From Candidatus Babeliales bacterium (GTDB lineage Bacteria; Babelota; Babeliae; Babelales; JANWKD01), in NCBI GenBank assembly GCA_963762115.1, contig CAVXJH010000003.1, forward strand, positions 1 to 64,000: a stretch of 64,000 bases of DNA, written 5' to 3'. Shown here in pieces: positions 1-10,293 of this stretch. The notes beneath the pieces are model-generated. The model was not told the origin of the DNA, ran no database searches, and saw only the letters and a list, made by a program, of their open reading frames with translations. The first letter of the stretch is position 1, and every line of letters begins with the position of its first letter. A program made the translations under genes and the position numbers.

Positions 1-3000
1 TTTACAAAATTGTATTATCGATGTTCAACAAAATGGTTCAAGCACGTTGAATTTTTTAGTGGTGTCGTTGATGAAAATAAAATTATTCTTACAAGATCCA
101 ACAAATGTTAGTTTTGCAGCATTTAATTCTAAGGCTGAATTGGTTATAGGAACGGGTGCTGATGTAAGTCATACGGTCTATGAAATACTCAATGGGCAAG
201 CAATCGAACGAACACTTAATTAGGTCCCAATTATTATGGTAATAAAGGTACGGTGTATGTAAATCTAAATGCAAATCCAACATTTAATGCAACGCAAGCA
301 TCAAGTAATAATGCTAATTATTTTGTGGTGACTGGCGATTGCACAAAAGATGCAAGCATTAATCTTCTCTCTGATACTTCAGGCCTAAATAATGGTTCTG
401 ACATTCGCGGTTGGGGAATTGATAAAGTTGGTGCTTCAGCATATTTAGCATTTACGTATACGAATAATGATACTTCAGGCCAAGCAGCGCGCGGTTCAAA
501 TAGTGTTATGCAACTTGATGGGTTTAATAACGAAGGTCTTTTTCTTGCTGCAACAAATTCTCCTTTGCCAACAAATACCGTTGCAAAATTAGTCTGGGCG
601 GGTGACACTGATTTATATCGTTCATCGGCAAACACGTTAAAAACAGATGGTAATCTTGTCGTTGGCGGTTTAATGCTGGCTGGTGTCGTGCATAATGAGA
701 ATACGGGATTATTATTGACGTCACTCCGTCTTAATGCCGACGTGAGTCCAAGAGCGGCAATTACTGATAATAAATTAGCAACCATTTCAACGCCGGGAAA
801 AGTTGCCAATTCTGCAACAACAGCAACAAGTGCTAATACACCAAACACGATTGTTTTACGTGATGTGTCAGGTAGTTTTACCGCAAATATAATAACCGCA
901 ACGCTGTAGGTGGTGCATCTCTTGATGTGCTCAAAACTGGTGACACTATGACGGGCAACTTGAATATGGCATTGCAATCGCAAGTACGTTTTCAAGATGG
1001 GACTGGTAGCGGTAATTATGTAGGATTAGATGCACCGCCGACTGTTGGTACTAGTTATACGGTGAATTTACCACCGAATGCACCAACAGTTGGTCAGGTT
1101 TTACAAGCAACATTGCTTTTAGCGACACAATGGGGTTATGCGGGAGGATCGCCTGCTGTTAGTGAAACTTATTATGTATTATTGAGTGGCAGTGATAGCA
1201 ATGATGGTTCATATGCATCGCTTTTTAGAACAGTGAGCCACGTCGTGAATGTTGCAGATAGGTAGTAGTACTTGCTCATCCAATAGTGATTAGTGTTGGA
1301 GGAGGCCTTTTTGTTGAAAATACTTCTGGTGGTCCAATTACTATTACTGCTGATGGGATAAGTATTGTTGGTAGATCTGTTACTGGAACAATACTTGTGC
1401 CTACGACACTTTCTAATAATTTATTTAATTGTAGAATGTCAAACGTTACTTTTTTAAGTTTGACGTTAAACGCGGGTGCTCCGGGTTAACAGCAAGTGGC
1501 TTGAATATGGTTGCTGTAGTTGGCCAAGCTGGATTGAATCAATAGTAGTTTCAGGATTTCAAACAGGACTTTCATTAAATGGATCAGGAGCAGCTCCTAT
1601 TATAGCGCTTGTAATATTATACCGCTTGATAACACCACGGCTGTTTCAGTTAATAATGCGCGTGTTATTGTGGAAAGCTCTCTCTTTTTGGGTGCAACAG
1701 CGGCTCTGACGCCACTCAATATAGTATTTTCAGCGACAGGAGTTAATGCGCTGGTGACCTTATTAGGTAATTCAATGCGATTATTAACGACCGTAGTTTC
1801 AATAACGGGTGGTGCTAATGTACGCATTTTAGGAACTAATTTTGAAACAACGACCACCGGTGTTATAGGTAGTGGGGGTAGTTCAACTGATATTGTTGGT
1901 TGTGATTTTATTATTAATAATGCAAGTTCAACTAATGTTGTTGCATCGGGTGCAAATACTACAATAACTATAGATGGGTGTAATATTGATGGTAATGATG
2001 CAACCTTAACGCCTCAAGGGACAGCAGTTTTAGCTACAACAGCGGCATCTCTATTTGTGTATGCTTCTACAATTCAAAATACAAATATTGGTATGCAATG
2101 TGGCATTGCTGGCGATACTAGTTCAACATGATTCGATCAAATTTTGTGACAAGAAATTGTATTATAGATGTTTTACAGCTTGGCTTCTTCGATCTTTCGT
2201 TTTGCGGGGGGCGTTTTGACACGAACAAGTTAAGTATTGCTAATCTTACTAAGGGGACTTTTTCTCCAATTGACAGAACCACCGGCGAACCAATAATGAT
2301 TGGGAATACTGCTGATGTTGAGCAAACATTATATCAAGTTCTTAATGGGACAAGCTTTATTTCAAAATCTTCAATATCAACCTAATTATTATGGTAATAA
2401 AGGGACTGTGTATGTAAATCCAAATGCTGACCCTACCTTTAATGGTGTTCAAGCATCAAGTAATAATGCTAATTATTATGTAGTGACTGGTGATCGCACG
2501 AAAGATGCGAGTATTAATCTCTTATCCGATACTTCAGGGATTAGTAATGCCGGCAATGGCAGCAACATTCGTGGTTGGGCAATTGATAAAGTTGGCACAT
2601 CAGCAAATTTAGTATTTACGTATACCAATAATGATACTTCTGGACAAGCTGCACGTGGTTCAAATAGTGTTATGCAACTTGATGGTTTTAATAATCAAGT
2701 GCTCTTTCCTCTTGCAACAAATTCTCCTTTGCCAACAAATACGGTGGCAAAATTAGTATGGGCAGGAGATACCGATTTATATCGCTCATCGGCAAACACA
2801 TTAAAGACGGATGGTAATTTTGTTGTTGGTAGTTTAACGCCAGCTGGAGTTGTGCATAATGATGTTAACGGATTATTATCAACTTCGCTTATTGTTAATG
2901 CTGATATTAGTGCAAGTGCTGCAATTACTGATAATAAATTAGCAACAATTTCAACAGCAGGTAAAGTTGCCAATTCAGCAACAACGGCAACAAGTTCTAA

Positions 3001-3620
3001 TACACCAAATACGATTGTTTTACGTGATGGTTCAGGTAATTTCTCAGCGGGTACTATTACGGCAAATTTAACGGGTAATGCGACAACATCTAATACCACC
3101 ACAACAGCAGTTAATTTTACGGGTTTACTTGTCGGTGATGTTACTGGTACCCAAGGTGCAACGGTAGTAAGTTTAGTTGTGGTGGTCAAACTGCGGCAAA
3201 TGTAGCGGCAGGTTCAGTTCTTGCTAACGCAGCAACGAGTGCAAATACGCCAAATGCTCTTGTGAAACGAGATGGTTCGGGTAATTTTATTGCCGGCACT
3301 ATTACAGCAAATTTATCGGGTAATGCAACAACGGCAACATCAGCAACAACTGCCACGACTGCGACAAATTTCACTGGATCATTGGCTGGGGATGTAACGG
3401 AGTACGAAAGGTGCAACGGTGGTAAGCACGGTTGGTGGTCAAACGGCAGCAAATGTAGCGTCAGGTTCAGTTCTTGCTAATGCAGCAACGAGTGCAAATA
3501 CGCCAAATGCTCTTGTTAAACGCGATGGTTCGGGTAATTTTATTGCCGGCACTATTACGGCAAATTTAACGGGGAATGTAACGGGTAATCTTACGGGAAA
3601 TGCAACAACGGCAACGAGTC
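1..3620 (+). pseudogene. Frameshifted 5' portion of a giant fibre/tailspike-like surface protein (start lies outside the window); pseudogene or sequence-error region
   Basis: Overlapping ORF fragments (253-909, 927-1265, 1286-1489, 1670-2131, 2300-3205, 3262-3480, 3419-3760) read as one protein across at least ten frame breaks. Motifs include LKTGDTMTGNL, YYVLLSGSDSNDGS, a Gly/Asn/Thr beta-helix-like stretch and the same VxRDGSGNFxAGTITA repeat as the downstream ORF. Confidence 0.75.
225..3070 (+). repeat. Long internal direct repeat: ~225-905 recurs at ~2380-3070
   Basis: Both copies encode YYGNKGTVYVN...ASSNNANY.VVTGD.TKDASINLLSDTSG...AKLVWAGDTDLYRSSANTLKTDGN...KVANSATTATS with obvious nucleotide similarity. 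Confidence 0.9.
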
Positions 3621-6600
3621 GCAACAACAGCAACAAATTTTACTGGATCATTAGTGGGCGATGTTACTGGTACTCAGGGTGCAACGGTAGTAAGTTCTGT
3701 TGGTGGTCAAACAGCGGCGAATGTTGCGGCTGCTGCTGTTGCAGTAAGTTCTGCTACTAATCTTGATACGCCAAATACTTTAGTAAAGCGTGATGCATTT
3801 GGTAATTTTGCTACTAATAAAATAACGATTGATGGTTCTATAACAAATCCTACTGATGCTGCAACAAAAAGTTATGTTGATACGGCAATATCGGCAGGTC
3901 TTGATGCCAAAACTCCTGCGAATGTTGTAAGTACAAGTAATGTTGCTTTAAGTGGTTTGCAAACTATTGACGGAATAACGTTGGTTGATAGCAATCGGGT
4001 TCTTTTAGTTAATCAAACAAATCCAGTACAAAATGGTTTATGGGTTGCGCATGCAGGCGCATGGACGAGACCTGCTGATTTTGCAACTGGTACGACGGCA
4101 GGACAAGCATATGTGCTTATTTTATCCGGTACCATTAATGCAGGTTCTAGTTGGCTTTGTAACACACCATCGGCAATTATTGATACTGATCCTATTGGAT
4201 TTGCAGAATTTTCATTGCCATCACAAACAACTGGCGCAAATGTTGGCACTGGAGCAGGTCAAATATTTAGAGATAAAACGGGCGTTACTCTAAATTTTAA
4301 AACTATTGCAGCTGGTACTCATATGGTTGTCACTAATAATGCAAATGATGTGACATTGTCAACTGATGCAACAAGTGTTAATACGCCAAATACTCTTGTT
4401 GCTCGAGATGGTTCAGGAAATTTTGCTGCTGGTACTATTACGGCAAATTTATCGGGAAATGCAACAACAGCAACCAGTGCAACAACAGCGACAAATTTCA
4501 CCGGTTCTCTTGTAGGAGATGTTACGGGAACACAAGGTGCAACAGTAGTAAGTACGGTGGGTGGTCAAGCAGCAGCAAATGTTGCATCAGCAACAATAGC
4601 TGCAAATGCAGCAACAAGTAGTAATACGGCAAGTACTATTGTAAAGCGTGATGCATCAGGCAATTTTAGTGCAGGAACTATCACCGCAAATTTATCAGGT
4701 AATGCGACAACGGCAACAAGTGCAACAACAGCTGGTTCAGCAACAAATTTCACCGGTTCTCTTGTAGGAGATGTTACGGGAACACAAGGTGCAACAGTAG
4801 TAAGCACAGTGGGTGGTCAAAGCGCTGCAAATGTTGCATCAGCAACAATAGCTGCAAATGCAGCAACAAGTAGTAATACGGCAAGTACTATTGTAAAACG
4901 TGATGCATCAGGCAATTTTAGTGCAGGAACTATCACCGCAAATTTGACAGGTAATGCTACAACAGCTACAAGTGCAACAACAGCTGGTTCAGCAACTAAT
5001 TTTACCGGATCATTGGCTGGTGATGTCACCGGAACGCAAGGGGCAACAGTGGTTAGTTTTGTTGGCGGCCAAAGTGCAGCGAATGTCGCTGCTGCAACTA
5101 CCTTAGCAAATACTGCTACGAGCAATAATGTGGCAAATACTCTTGTTAAACGTGATGCGTCAGGAAATTTTGCTGCTGGTACGATTACCGCGAATTTATC
5201 TGGTAATGCAACAACGGCAACTTCAGCGACAAATTTTAGTGGGTCATTAGCAGGTGATGTTACTGGAACACAAAGTGCAACGGTAGTGAGTTCTGTTGGT
5301 GGTCAAACGGCCGCTAGTGTTGCTTCTGCAACTATTGCCGCCAATGCTGCAACCAATACCAATACAGCAAATACTATTGTAAAACGTGATGCTTTAGGAA
5401 ACTTTTCTGCTGGCACTATTACGGCAAATCTTACAGGCAATGTCACTGGTAATCTTACGGGTAATGCAACGAGTGCAACAACGGCTGGTTCAGCAACGAA
5501 CTTCACCGGTTCATTGGCTGGTGATGTCACCGGAACACAAGGTGCTACCGTGGTGAGTGCGGTTGGTGGTCAAACGGCAGCAAGTGTTGCTTCAGCTACA
5601 ACGGCAGCTAATGCGGCAACGAGCGCTAATACAGCAGGAACTATTGTTAAACGTGATGGTTCGGGTAATTTTTCAGCCGGCACTATTACGGCAAATTTAT
5701 CAGGTAATGCGACAACAGCAACGACGGCAACGAATGCAACGAATGCAACGACTGCGGTGAATTTTAGTGGATCATTGGTCGGTGATGTAACGGGCACACA
5801 AGGTGCAACGGTCGTTAGTTTTGTTGGTGGTCAAAGTGCAGCAAGTGTTGCTGCGGCGACTACTTTAGCAAATACCGCTACGAGCAATAATGTGGCAAAT
5901 ACGATTGTTAAACGTGATGCATCAGGTAATTTTGCTGCGGGCACGATTACGGCGAATTTAACAGGTAATGCAACAACGGCTACATCGGCGACAAATTTTA
6001 GTGGGTCATTAGCGGGTGATGTAACCGGCACGCAGGGAGCAACGGTGGTGAGTACCGTTGGCGGTCAAAGTGCTACTAATGTTGCCTCCGGCGTTGTGGC
6101 TGCAAATGCGGCAACCAATACAAATACTATAAATACCATTGTTAAACGTGATGCTGCGGGTAATTTTTCAGCAGGTACTATTACGGCAAGTTTAACGGGT
6201 AATGTTACGGGAAATTTGAGCGGAAATGCAACGACTGCAACAACGGCAGGCTCAGCAACGAATTTTACCGGATCATTAGCTGGCGATGTAACCGGAACGC
6301 AAAGTGCAACGGTGGTTAGTTCGGTTGGTGGTCAAACAGCAGCAAGTGTTGCATTAGCAACTACTGCAGCTAATGCGGCAACGAGCGCTAATACAGCGGG
6401 AACTATTGTTAAGCGTGATGGATCAGGTAATTTTTCAGCCGGAACGATAACAGCAAATCTTACGGGGAATGTTACCGGTAATTTGACTGGTAATGCAACG
6501 ACAGCAACGAGTGCAACAACGGCTGGTTCAGCAACGAATTTTACTGGATCATTAGCAGGTGATGTAACAGGAACACAAGGGGCAACCGTAGTTAGTTTTG

Positions 6601-7859
6601 TTGGTGGTCAAAGTGCAGCGAATGTTGCTGCTGCAACTACCTTAGCAAATACTGCAACGAGTAATAATATCGCCAATACCATTGTAAAACGCGATGCATC
6701 AGGCAATTTTGCTGCAGGTACGATTACCGCAACGTTAAATGGTAATGCTACGAGTGCAACAACGGCTGGATCAACAATGAATTTTACTGGATCATTAGCT
6801 GGTGATGTAACCGGCACACAGGGGGCAACGGTGGTTAGTTTTGTTGGTGGTCAAAGTGCAGCAAATGTTGCTTCAGCTACTACGGCAGCTAATGCAGCTA
6901 CAAATGCAAATACAGCAAATACTATTGTGAAACGTGATGCATCAGGTAATTTTTCAGCTGGCACCATTACGGCAAATCTTACAGGAAACGTGACGGGTAA
7001 TTTGAGTGGAAATGCAACAACGGCAACAACTGCCGGATCCACAACAAACTTTACTGGTTCATTAGCTGGTGATGTTATTGGAACGCAAGGTGCAACGGTG
7101 GTGAGCTCTGTTGGTGGACAAACGGCAGCAAATGTTGCTTCAGCTACAATAGCAGCAAATGCAGCAACAAGTAGTAATGCACCAAGTACTATTGTAAAAC
7201 GCGATGCATTTGGTAATTTTAGTGCTGGAACTATTACGGCGTCATTAACAGGCGCTGCGTCATTAAATGTGCTTAAAGCAGGTGATACAATGACTGGTTC
7301 ATTAACATTGCCTGCAGGTACTACAGGAGTGCCATCATTACAATTTTCTGGCAGCACCAATACAGGCTTATCTGCTCCTATTGCAAATACACTTTCATTG
7401 AGTACGAATGCTTTACAAAGAATGAATATTGATACCACAGGAAGTGTTACTTACCAATCAAATTATAAAATGTATGCATATAGATCAACAAATCAAACAG
7501 TAAACAATACAACTGCAACAATTCTTTTCAATACGGTTTTATTGGATCCAAACTCAAATTATAATGCCTCAACGGGAACATATACTGTGCCCGTTGCAGG
7601 AACTTATATGATAAATGTAACAGTAATGGCAACATCGAACGGTGGAGCTGGTGAAACAGTTAATATTGTTAAAAATGGAACGGCAGTCACTGGTGCATCT
7701 GTTGCTCAAACAGCAACTTCGGGGCAATTTCCAATTACAACCTGTGTCTTGCTTAACTTTGCAGCGGGGGATACGATTCAAATTCGGTTTACAACGAGTG
7801 GAAATGAAACGGTAGTAGCGAATAATACGCATGTGGCTATTCATTATATGTCATTTTAA
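3600..7859 (+). CDS. Intact 3' part of giant repetitive fibre/adhesin: phage tail-fibre-like insert, ~85-aa Thr/Ala/Gly/Asn repeats, C-terminal C1q-like domain
   Basis: 1419-aa ORF whose start is not the true start. DAATKSYVD and LSGLQTIDG..RVLLVNQTNPVQNGLW..AWTRPADF are tail-fibre-type motifs. 12 GDV(T/I)GTQ repeats. C-terminal FNTVLLDPNSNYNASTGTYTVPVAGTY matches the C1q pattern. Confidence 0.8.
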   Translation: MQQRQRVATTATNFTGSLVGDVTGTQGATVVSSVGGQTAANVAAAAVAVSSATNLDTPNTLVKRDAFGNFATNKITIDGSITNPTDAATKSYVDTAISAGLDAKTPANVVSTSNVALSGLQTIDGITLVDSNRVLLVNQTNPVQNGLWVAHAGAWTRPADFATGTTAGQAYVLILSGTINAGSSWLCNTPSAIIDTDPIGFAEFSLPSQTTGANVGTGAGQIFRDKTGVTLNFKTIAAGTHMVVTNNANDVTLSTDATSVNTPNTLVARDGSGNFAAGTITANLSGNATTATSATTATNFTGSLVGDVTGTQGATVVSTVGGQAAANVASATIAANAATSSNTASTIVKRDASGNFSAGTITANLSGNATTATSATTAGSATNFTGSLVGDVTGTQGATVVSTVGGQSAANVASATIAANAATSSNTASTIVKRDASGNFSAGTITANLTGNATTATSATTAGSATNFTGSLAGDVTGTQGATVVSFVGGQSAANVAAATTLANTATSNNVANTLVKRDASGNFAAGTITANLSGNATTATSATNFSGSLAGDVTGTQSATVVSSVGGQTAASVASATIAANAATNTNTANTIVKRDALGNFSAGTITANLTGNVTGNLTGNATSATTAGSATNFTGSLAGDVTGTQGATVVSAVGGQTAASVASATTAANAATSANTAGTIVKRDGSGNFSAGTITANLSGNATTATTATNATNATTAVNFSGSLVGDVTGTQGATVVSFVGGQSAASVAAATTLANTATSNNVANTIVKRDASGNFAAGTITANLTGNATTATSATNFSGSLAGDVTGTQGATVVSTVGGQSATNVASGVVAANAATNTNTINTIVKRDAAGNFSAGTITASLTGNVTGNLSGNATTATTAGSATNFTGSLAGDVTGTQSATVVSSVGGQTAASVALATTAANAATSANTAGTIVKRDGSGNFSAGTITANLTGNVTGNLTGNATTATSATTAGSATNFTGSLAGDVTGTQGATVVSFVGGQSAANVAAATTLANTATSNNIANTIVKRDASGNFAAGTITATLNGNATSATTAGSTMNFTGSLAGDVTGTQGATVVSFVGGQSAANVASATTAANAATNANTANTIVKRDASGNFSAGTITANLTGNVTGNLSGNATTATTAGSTTNFTGSLAGDVIGTQGATVVSSVGGQTAANVASATIAANAATSSNAPSTIVKRDAFGNFSAGTITASLTGAASLNVLKAGDTMTGSLTLPAGTTGVPSLQFSGSTNTGLSAPIANTLSLSTNALQRMNIDTTGSVTYQSNYKMYAYRSTNQTVNNTTATILFNTVLLDPNSNYNASTGTYTVPVAGTYMINVTVMATSNGGAGETVNIVKNGTAVTGASVAQTATSGQFPITTCVLLNFAAGDTIQIRFTTSGNETVVANNTHVAIHYMSF
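4370..7255 (+). repeat. Coding tandem repeat, 11 units of ~235-280 bp
   Basis: Unit NF(T/S)GSL(A/V)GDVTGTQ(G/S)ATVVSxVGGQxAAxVA...TIVKRDASGNFSAGTITANL; three further copies at ~3110, ~3370 and ~3640. Confidence 0.95.
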
Positions 7860-7865
7860 AAAATA

Positions 7866-7905
7866 GGCAGGTACGTTTTAATTATTGTACCTGCCATCTT
7901 TTTTT
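7866..7905 (+). terminator. Rho-independent terminator
   Basis: GGCAGGTAC/GTACCTGCC stem followed by a T tract, just after the fibre gene stop. Confidence 0.8.
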
Positions 7906-7955
7906 GTTAATTGACTTGTATGAGCTTATTTTTTTATCAATAAAGTGAGTAAGTA

Positions 7956-9917
7956 ATGAAAAAAATTATATATATACTTTTGGTGATTATGTTTGCGCAT
8001 TCAATGGTTTATTGCATGGATGTTGAACGTATTGAGTATAAATCGAGCGGATTGTTACTATTCTTAGATGACACTGAGCATAATGAGATAGGTGCAGTCA
8101 GTCAGTATTTACTATCGGCAATTCGACAAAAAGCTGGTCCGATAGTTGTTTCAGCTTCTTTGCTTGAAAATATTTTTTCTTTATATTATGAAGCACAAGG
8201 TGATCGAGAATCGGCCGCAGATTTATATATTAAATATGTTAAGGATGTTGAGGATCAAAGCGGAAACATAAAAAAAATAAAAATTTTTTATTTAAAAACA
8301 TTACATTTTGACCCGCGTGAATGGATATTTAAAAAAGTTAGTAATTTTTTATATCTTCTTATTCCTAAAGGATATATACAAGCTTCTTTTCCTGAAATAT
8401 GGATTGACAGAGTTGAGCGCTATGATCCAAGAAATATTTCACAAGTTGAGTTATTGCTCGGGTTAAAAGTAAATCATATGGAAACAGTTGATTTTAAAAA
8501 TATTGTTTCTATAAAAGTAACTCAAAAAGATAATTCGGATTATTTTTTAGATGATCTTTATAATGATGCTACTAAAAAAAGTTCTATTTTTTGTGTTAAA
8601 TCAGATTATAAAAGTCGAGGAGCAAGAAAAATTCCTGTATGGTCATTCTATATGCATGGTCATGGTATTATGCAATATCATAGTAGTAAGCCAGGAATAA
8701 TTGTAGGGTTATCTCATAGAGGCTTTGGAAAATTTTTGGATTTTTCAGAAAATAAAATTGTTACTAGATTGCTTATATATATTTCTTGTTATTCAGCAGG
8801 TATTAGTAATGACATTATTTTTAAAGATGCGGAATCTGGAGTACGGAAAACGTATTCGTTTGCTATAATAACGCAAGCTATTTCTGAAGTGCCAATTAGT
8901 AGTGTGCGAGCTGTGCAATGGTCGAGCGATGGTCGAGCGGAAGTAACGACATTGGCCAATTTTGCCTATTTTTTATCATTAGTTCGAAGTACAGATATTT
9001 TTGATTATATAAAGATAGCAGAATCTTTATTTCCGATTATACCTACAGTGCCATTATTTACGCAAGAACCATGGGGACATGTACCACAAATAAAATTGCC
9101 GGGAATTGAATGGTTTTCTGTGATGGCAAGTAGGCAAGATATCGTTTCGATTGGTTCAATTTTAGCAAAAACGAGAAGTCCAAATAAGCCTCTTGATATT
9201 GTTAATTTTTTTAAATCTAGAGAGGTCAGAAAGAAAGATGATCCGAATAAGAACATGCCATTTGATCCAAAAGCTATTTTGCTCTATGCATCGGTGATTC
9301 CTTTTGAGTTGATTATTAATGCTAGGAATTTGGAGGCGATTATTTCAATGATTCCTGGTGATGCTATTCATGTTATTAAAAAAATTAGTTCTTCCACAAA
9401 AACAGAACAAGAGCTTTTGCAATCTTTTATGAGTATTGCAGGTCTTGAAACTCGAAAAATATTTTTTATTGAAGAACTTAATACATTAAAAAACGTTATT
9501 ATTTATAATGTAACTGAGCCAAAAATTATTCCATTGAGTCGTCGTCGCGGGGAATATCAATTATCGTATCCTGGGATACGTTATTGTTTTGCTTTGTATG
9601 AAAAAAAGTATGAAAAAAATAATATTTTGTATAAAAAAGAAGCAAAGTCTGAAGAGCATGTTGTGCGTGATGCGTCATTTATAAAGGGATATGCTGATTT
9701 ATTGGCAGAAGCGCGTGCATTTAAGGATGAGCCATCATTGCTTAGTAGAGAAAATTTAGAAAAAATGAGCGCAACATTGGCAATCACGCATGAAATAAGA
9801 AAGAAAGCAAAACTTATAAAAAAACAACAAAAGAGTAATGCTTTACAGAAATCATTAGAAGAATTGCAGCAGAAATTAATAGAATTACATGCTAAGCTTA
9901 GTAGGCAAAAAGCCTGA
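7956..9917 (+). CDS. Secreted protein, possible clan CD (caspase/haemoglobinase-fold) cysteine peptidase domain
   Basis: 653 aa; signal peptide ending VYC-MD; WSFYMHGHG and LLIYISCYSAG about 40 aa apart; C-terminal leucine heptad tag. Confidence 0.6.
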   Translation: MKKIIYILLVIMFAHSMVYCMDVERIEYKSSGLLLFLDDTEHNEIGAVSQYLLSAIRQKAGPIVVSASLLENIFSLYYEAQGDRESAADLYIKYVKDVEDQSGNIKKIKIFYLKTLHFDPREWIFKKVSNFLYLLIPKGYIQASFPEIWIDRVERYDPRNISQVELLLGLKVNHMETVDFKNIVSIKVTQKDNSDYFLDDLYNDATKKSSIFCVKSDYKSRGARKIPVWSFYMHGHGIMQYHSSKPGIIVGLSHRGFGKFLDFSENKIVTRLLIYISCYSAGISNDIIFKDAESGVRKTYSFAIITQAISEVPISSVRAVQWSSDGRAEVTTLANFAYFLSLVRSTDIFDYIKIAESLFPIIPTVPLFTQEPWGHVPQIKLPGIEWFSVMASRQDIVSIGSILAKTRSPNKPLDIVNFFKSREVRKKDDPNKNMPFDPKAILLYASVIPFELIINARNLEAIISMIPGDAIHVIKKISSSTKTEQELLQSFMSIAGLETRKIFFIEELNTLKNVIIYNVTEPKIIPLSRRRGEYQLSYPGIRYCFALYEKKYEKNNILYKKEAKSEEHVVRDASFIKGYADLLAEARAFKDEPSLLSRENLEKMSATLAITHEIRKKAKLIKKQQKSNALQKSLEELQQKLIELHAKLSRQKA

Positions 9918-9945
9918 TCAATTCAGACTTTTTGCATTGTTTTAA

Positions 9946-10293
9946 TTATTTGCAGCTTTTTAAGTGATTTTTTAAATCATCTAATTTTTTTTGAGTAGCA
10001 TCGATTAATTCTTGCACTTCTTTGCAACTGAGTTCTTTAGTTGTTTTTTTGCAATGGCCTGCTTCTAATTGCTTTTCCCAATTTGAAATCTTTTTGTTAA
10101 GTTCTTCTTTTTTTTGTAATTTTTTTTCTTTATTGGATTGTTTTGTGGTGTCAATAACAAGGTCATTGAGGAAATTACAGTTTTCCACCTCAGCTTGTTT
10201 TGGATTGGCTGCAGGTTCCGTTGCATTGAGCATGGTTATACTTGTGGTGAATGCAATAGCAGCAGAAAATAATAGTATCACTTTATTTTTCAT
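9946..10293 (-). CDS. Small secreted Lys-rich hypothetical protein
   Basis: 115 aa, signal peptide ending MLNA-TE, GGAG RBS upstream. Confidence 0.7.
   Translation of the reverse strand: MKNKVILLFSAAIAFTTSITMLNATEPAANPKQAEVENCNFLNDLVIDTTKQSNKEKKLQKKEELNKKISNWEKQLEAGHCKKTTKELSCKEVQELIDATQKKLDDLKNHLKSCK

Noticed and set aside
4370..7255. Regular repeats as a possible CRISPR array
   Set aside because: Units are in-frame coding repeats of ~250 bp with synonymous variation; no unique spacers and no cas genes.
318..7438. Many minus-strand ORFs (Val/Ala/Pro-rich) over the fibre gene
   Set aside because: Antisense shadows of the repetitive Thr/Ala/Gly codons; no RBS or independent motifs.
1..7859. 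Prophage
   Set aside because: Only a fibre-like gene is present; no capsid, terminase, portal, integrase or lysis genes in the window.
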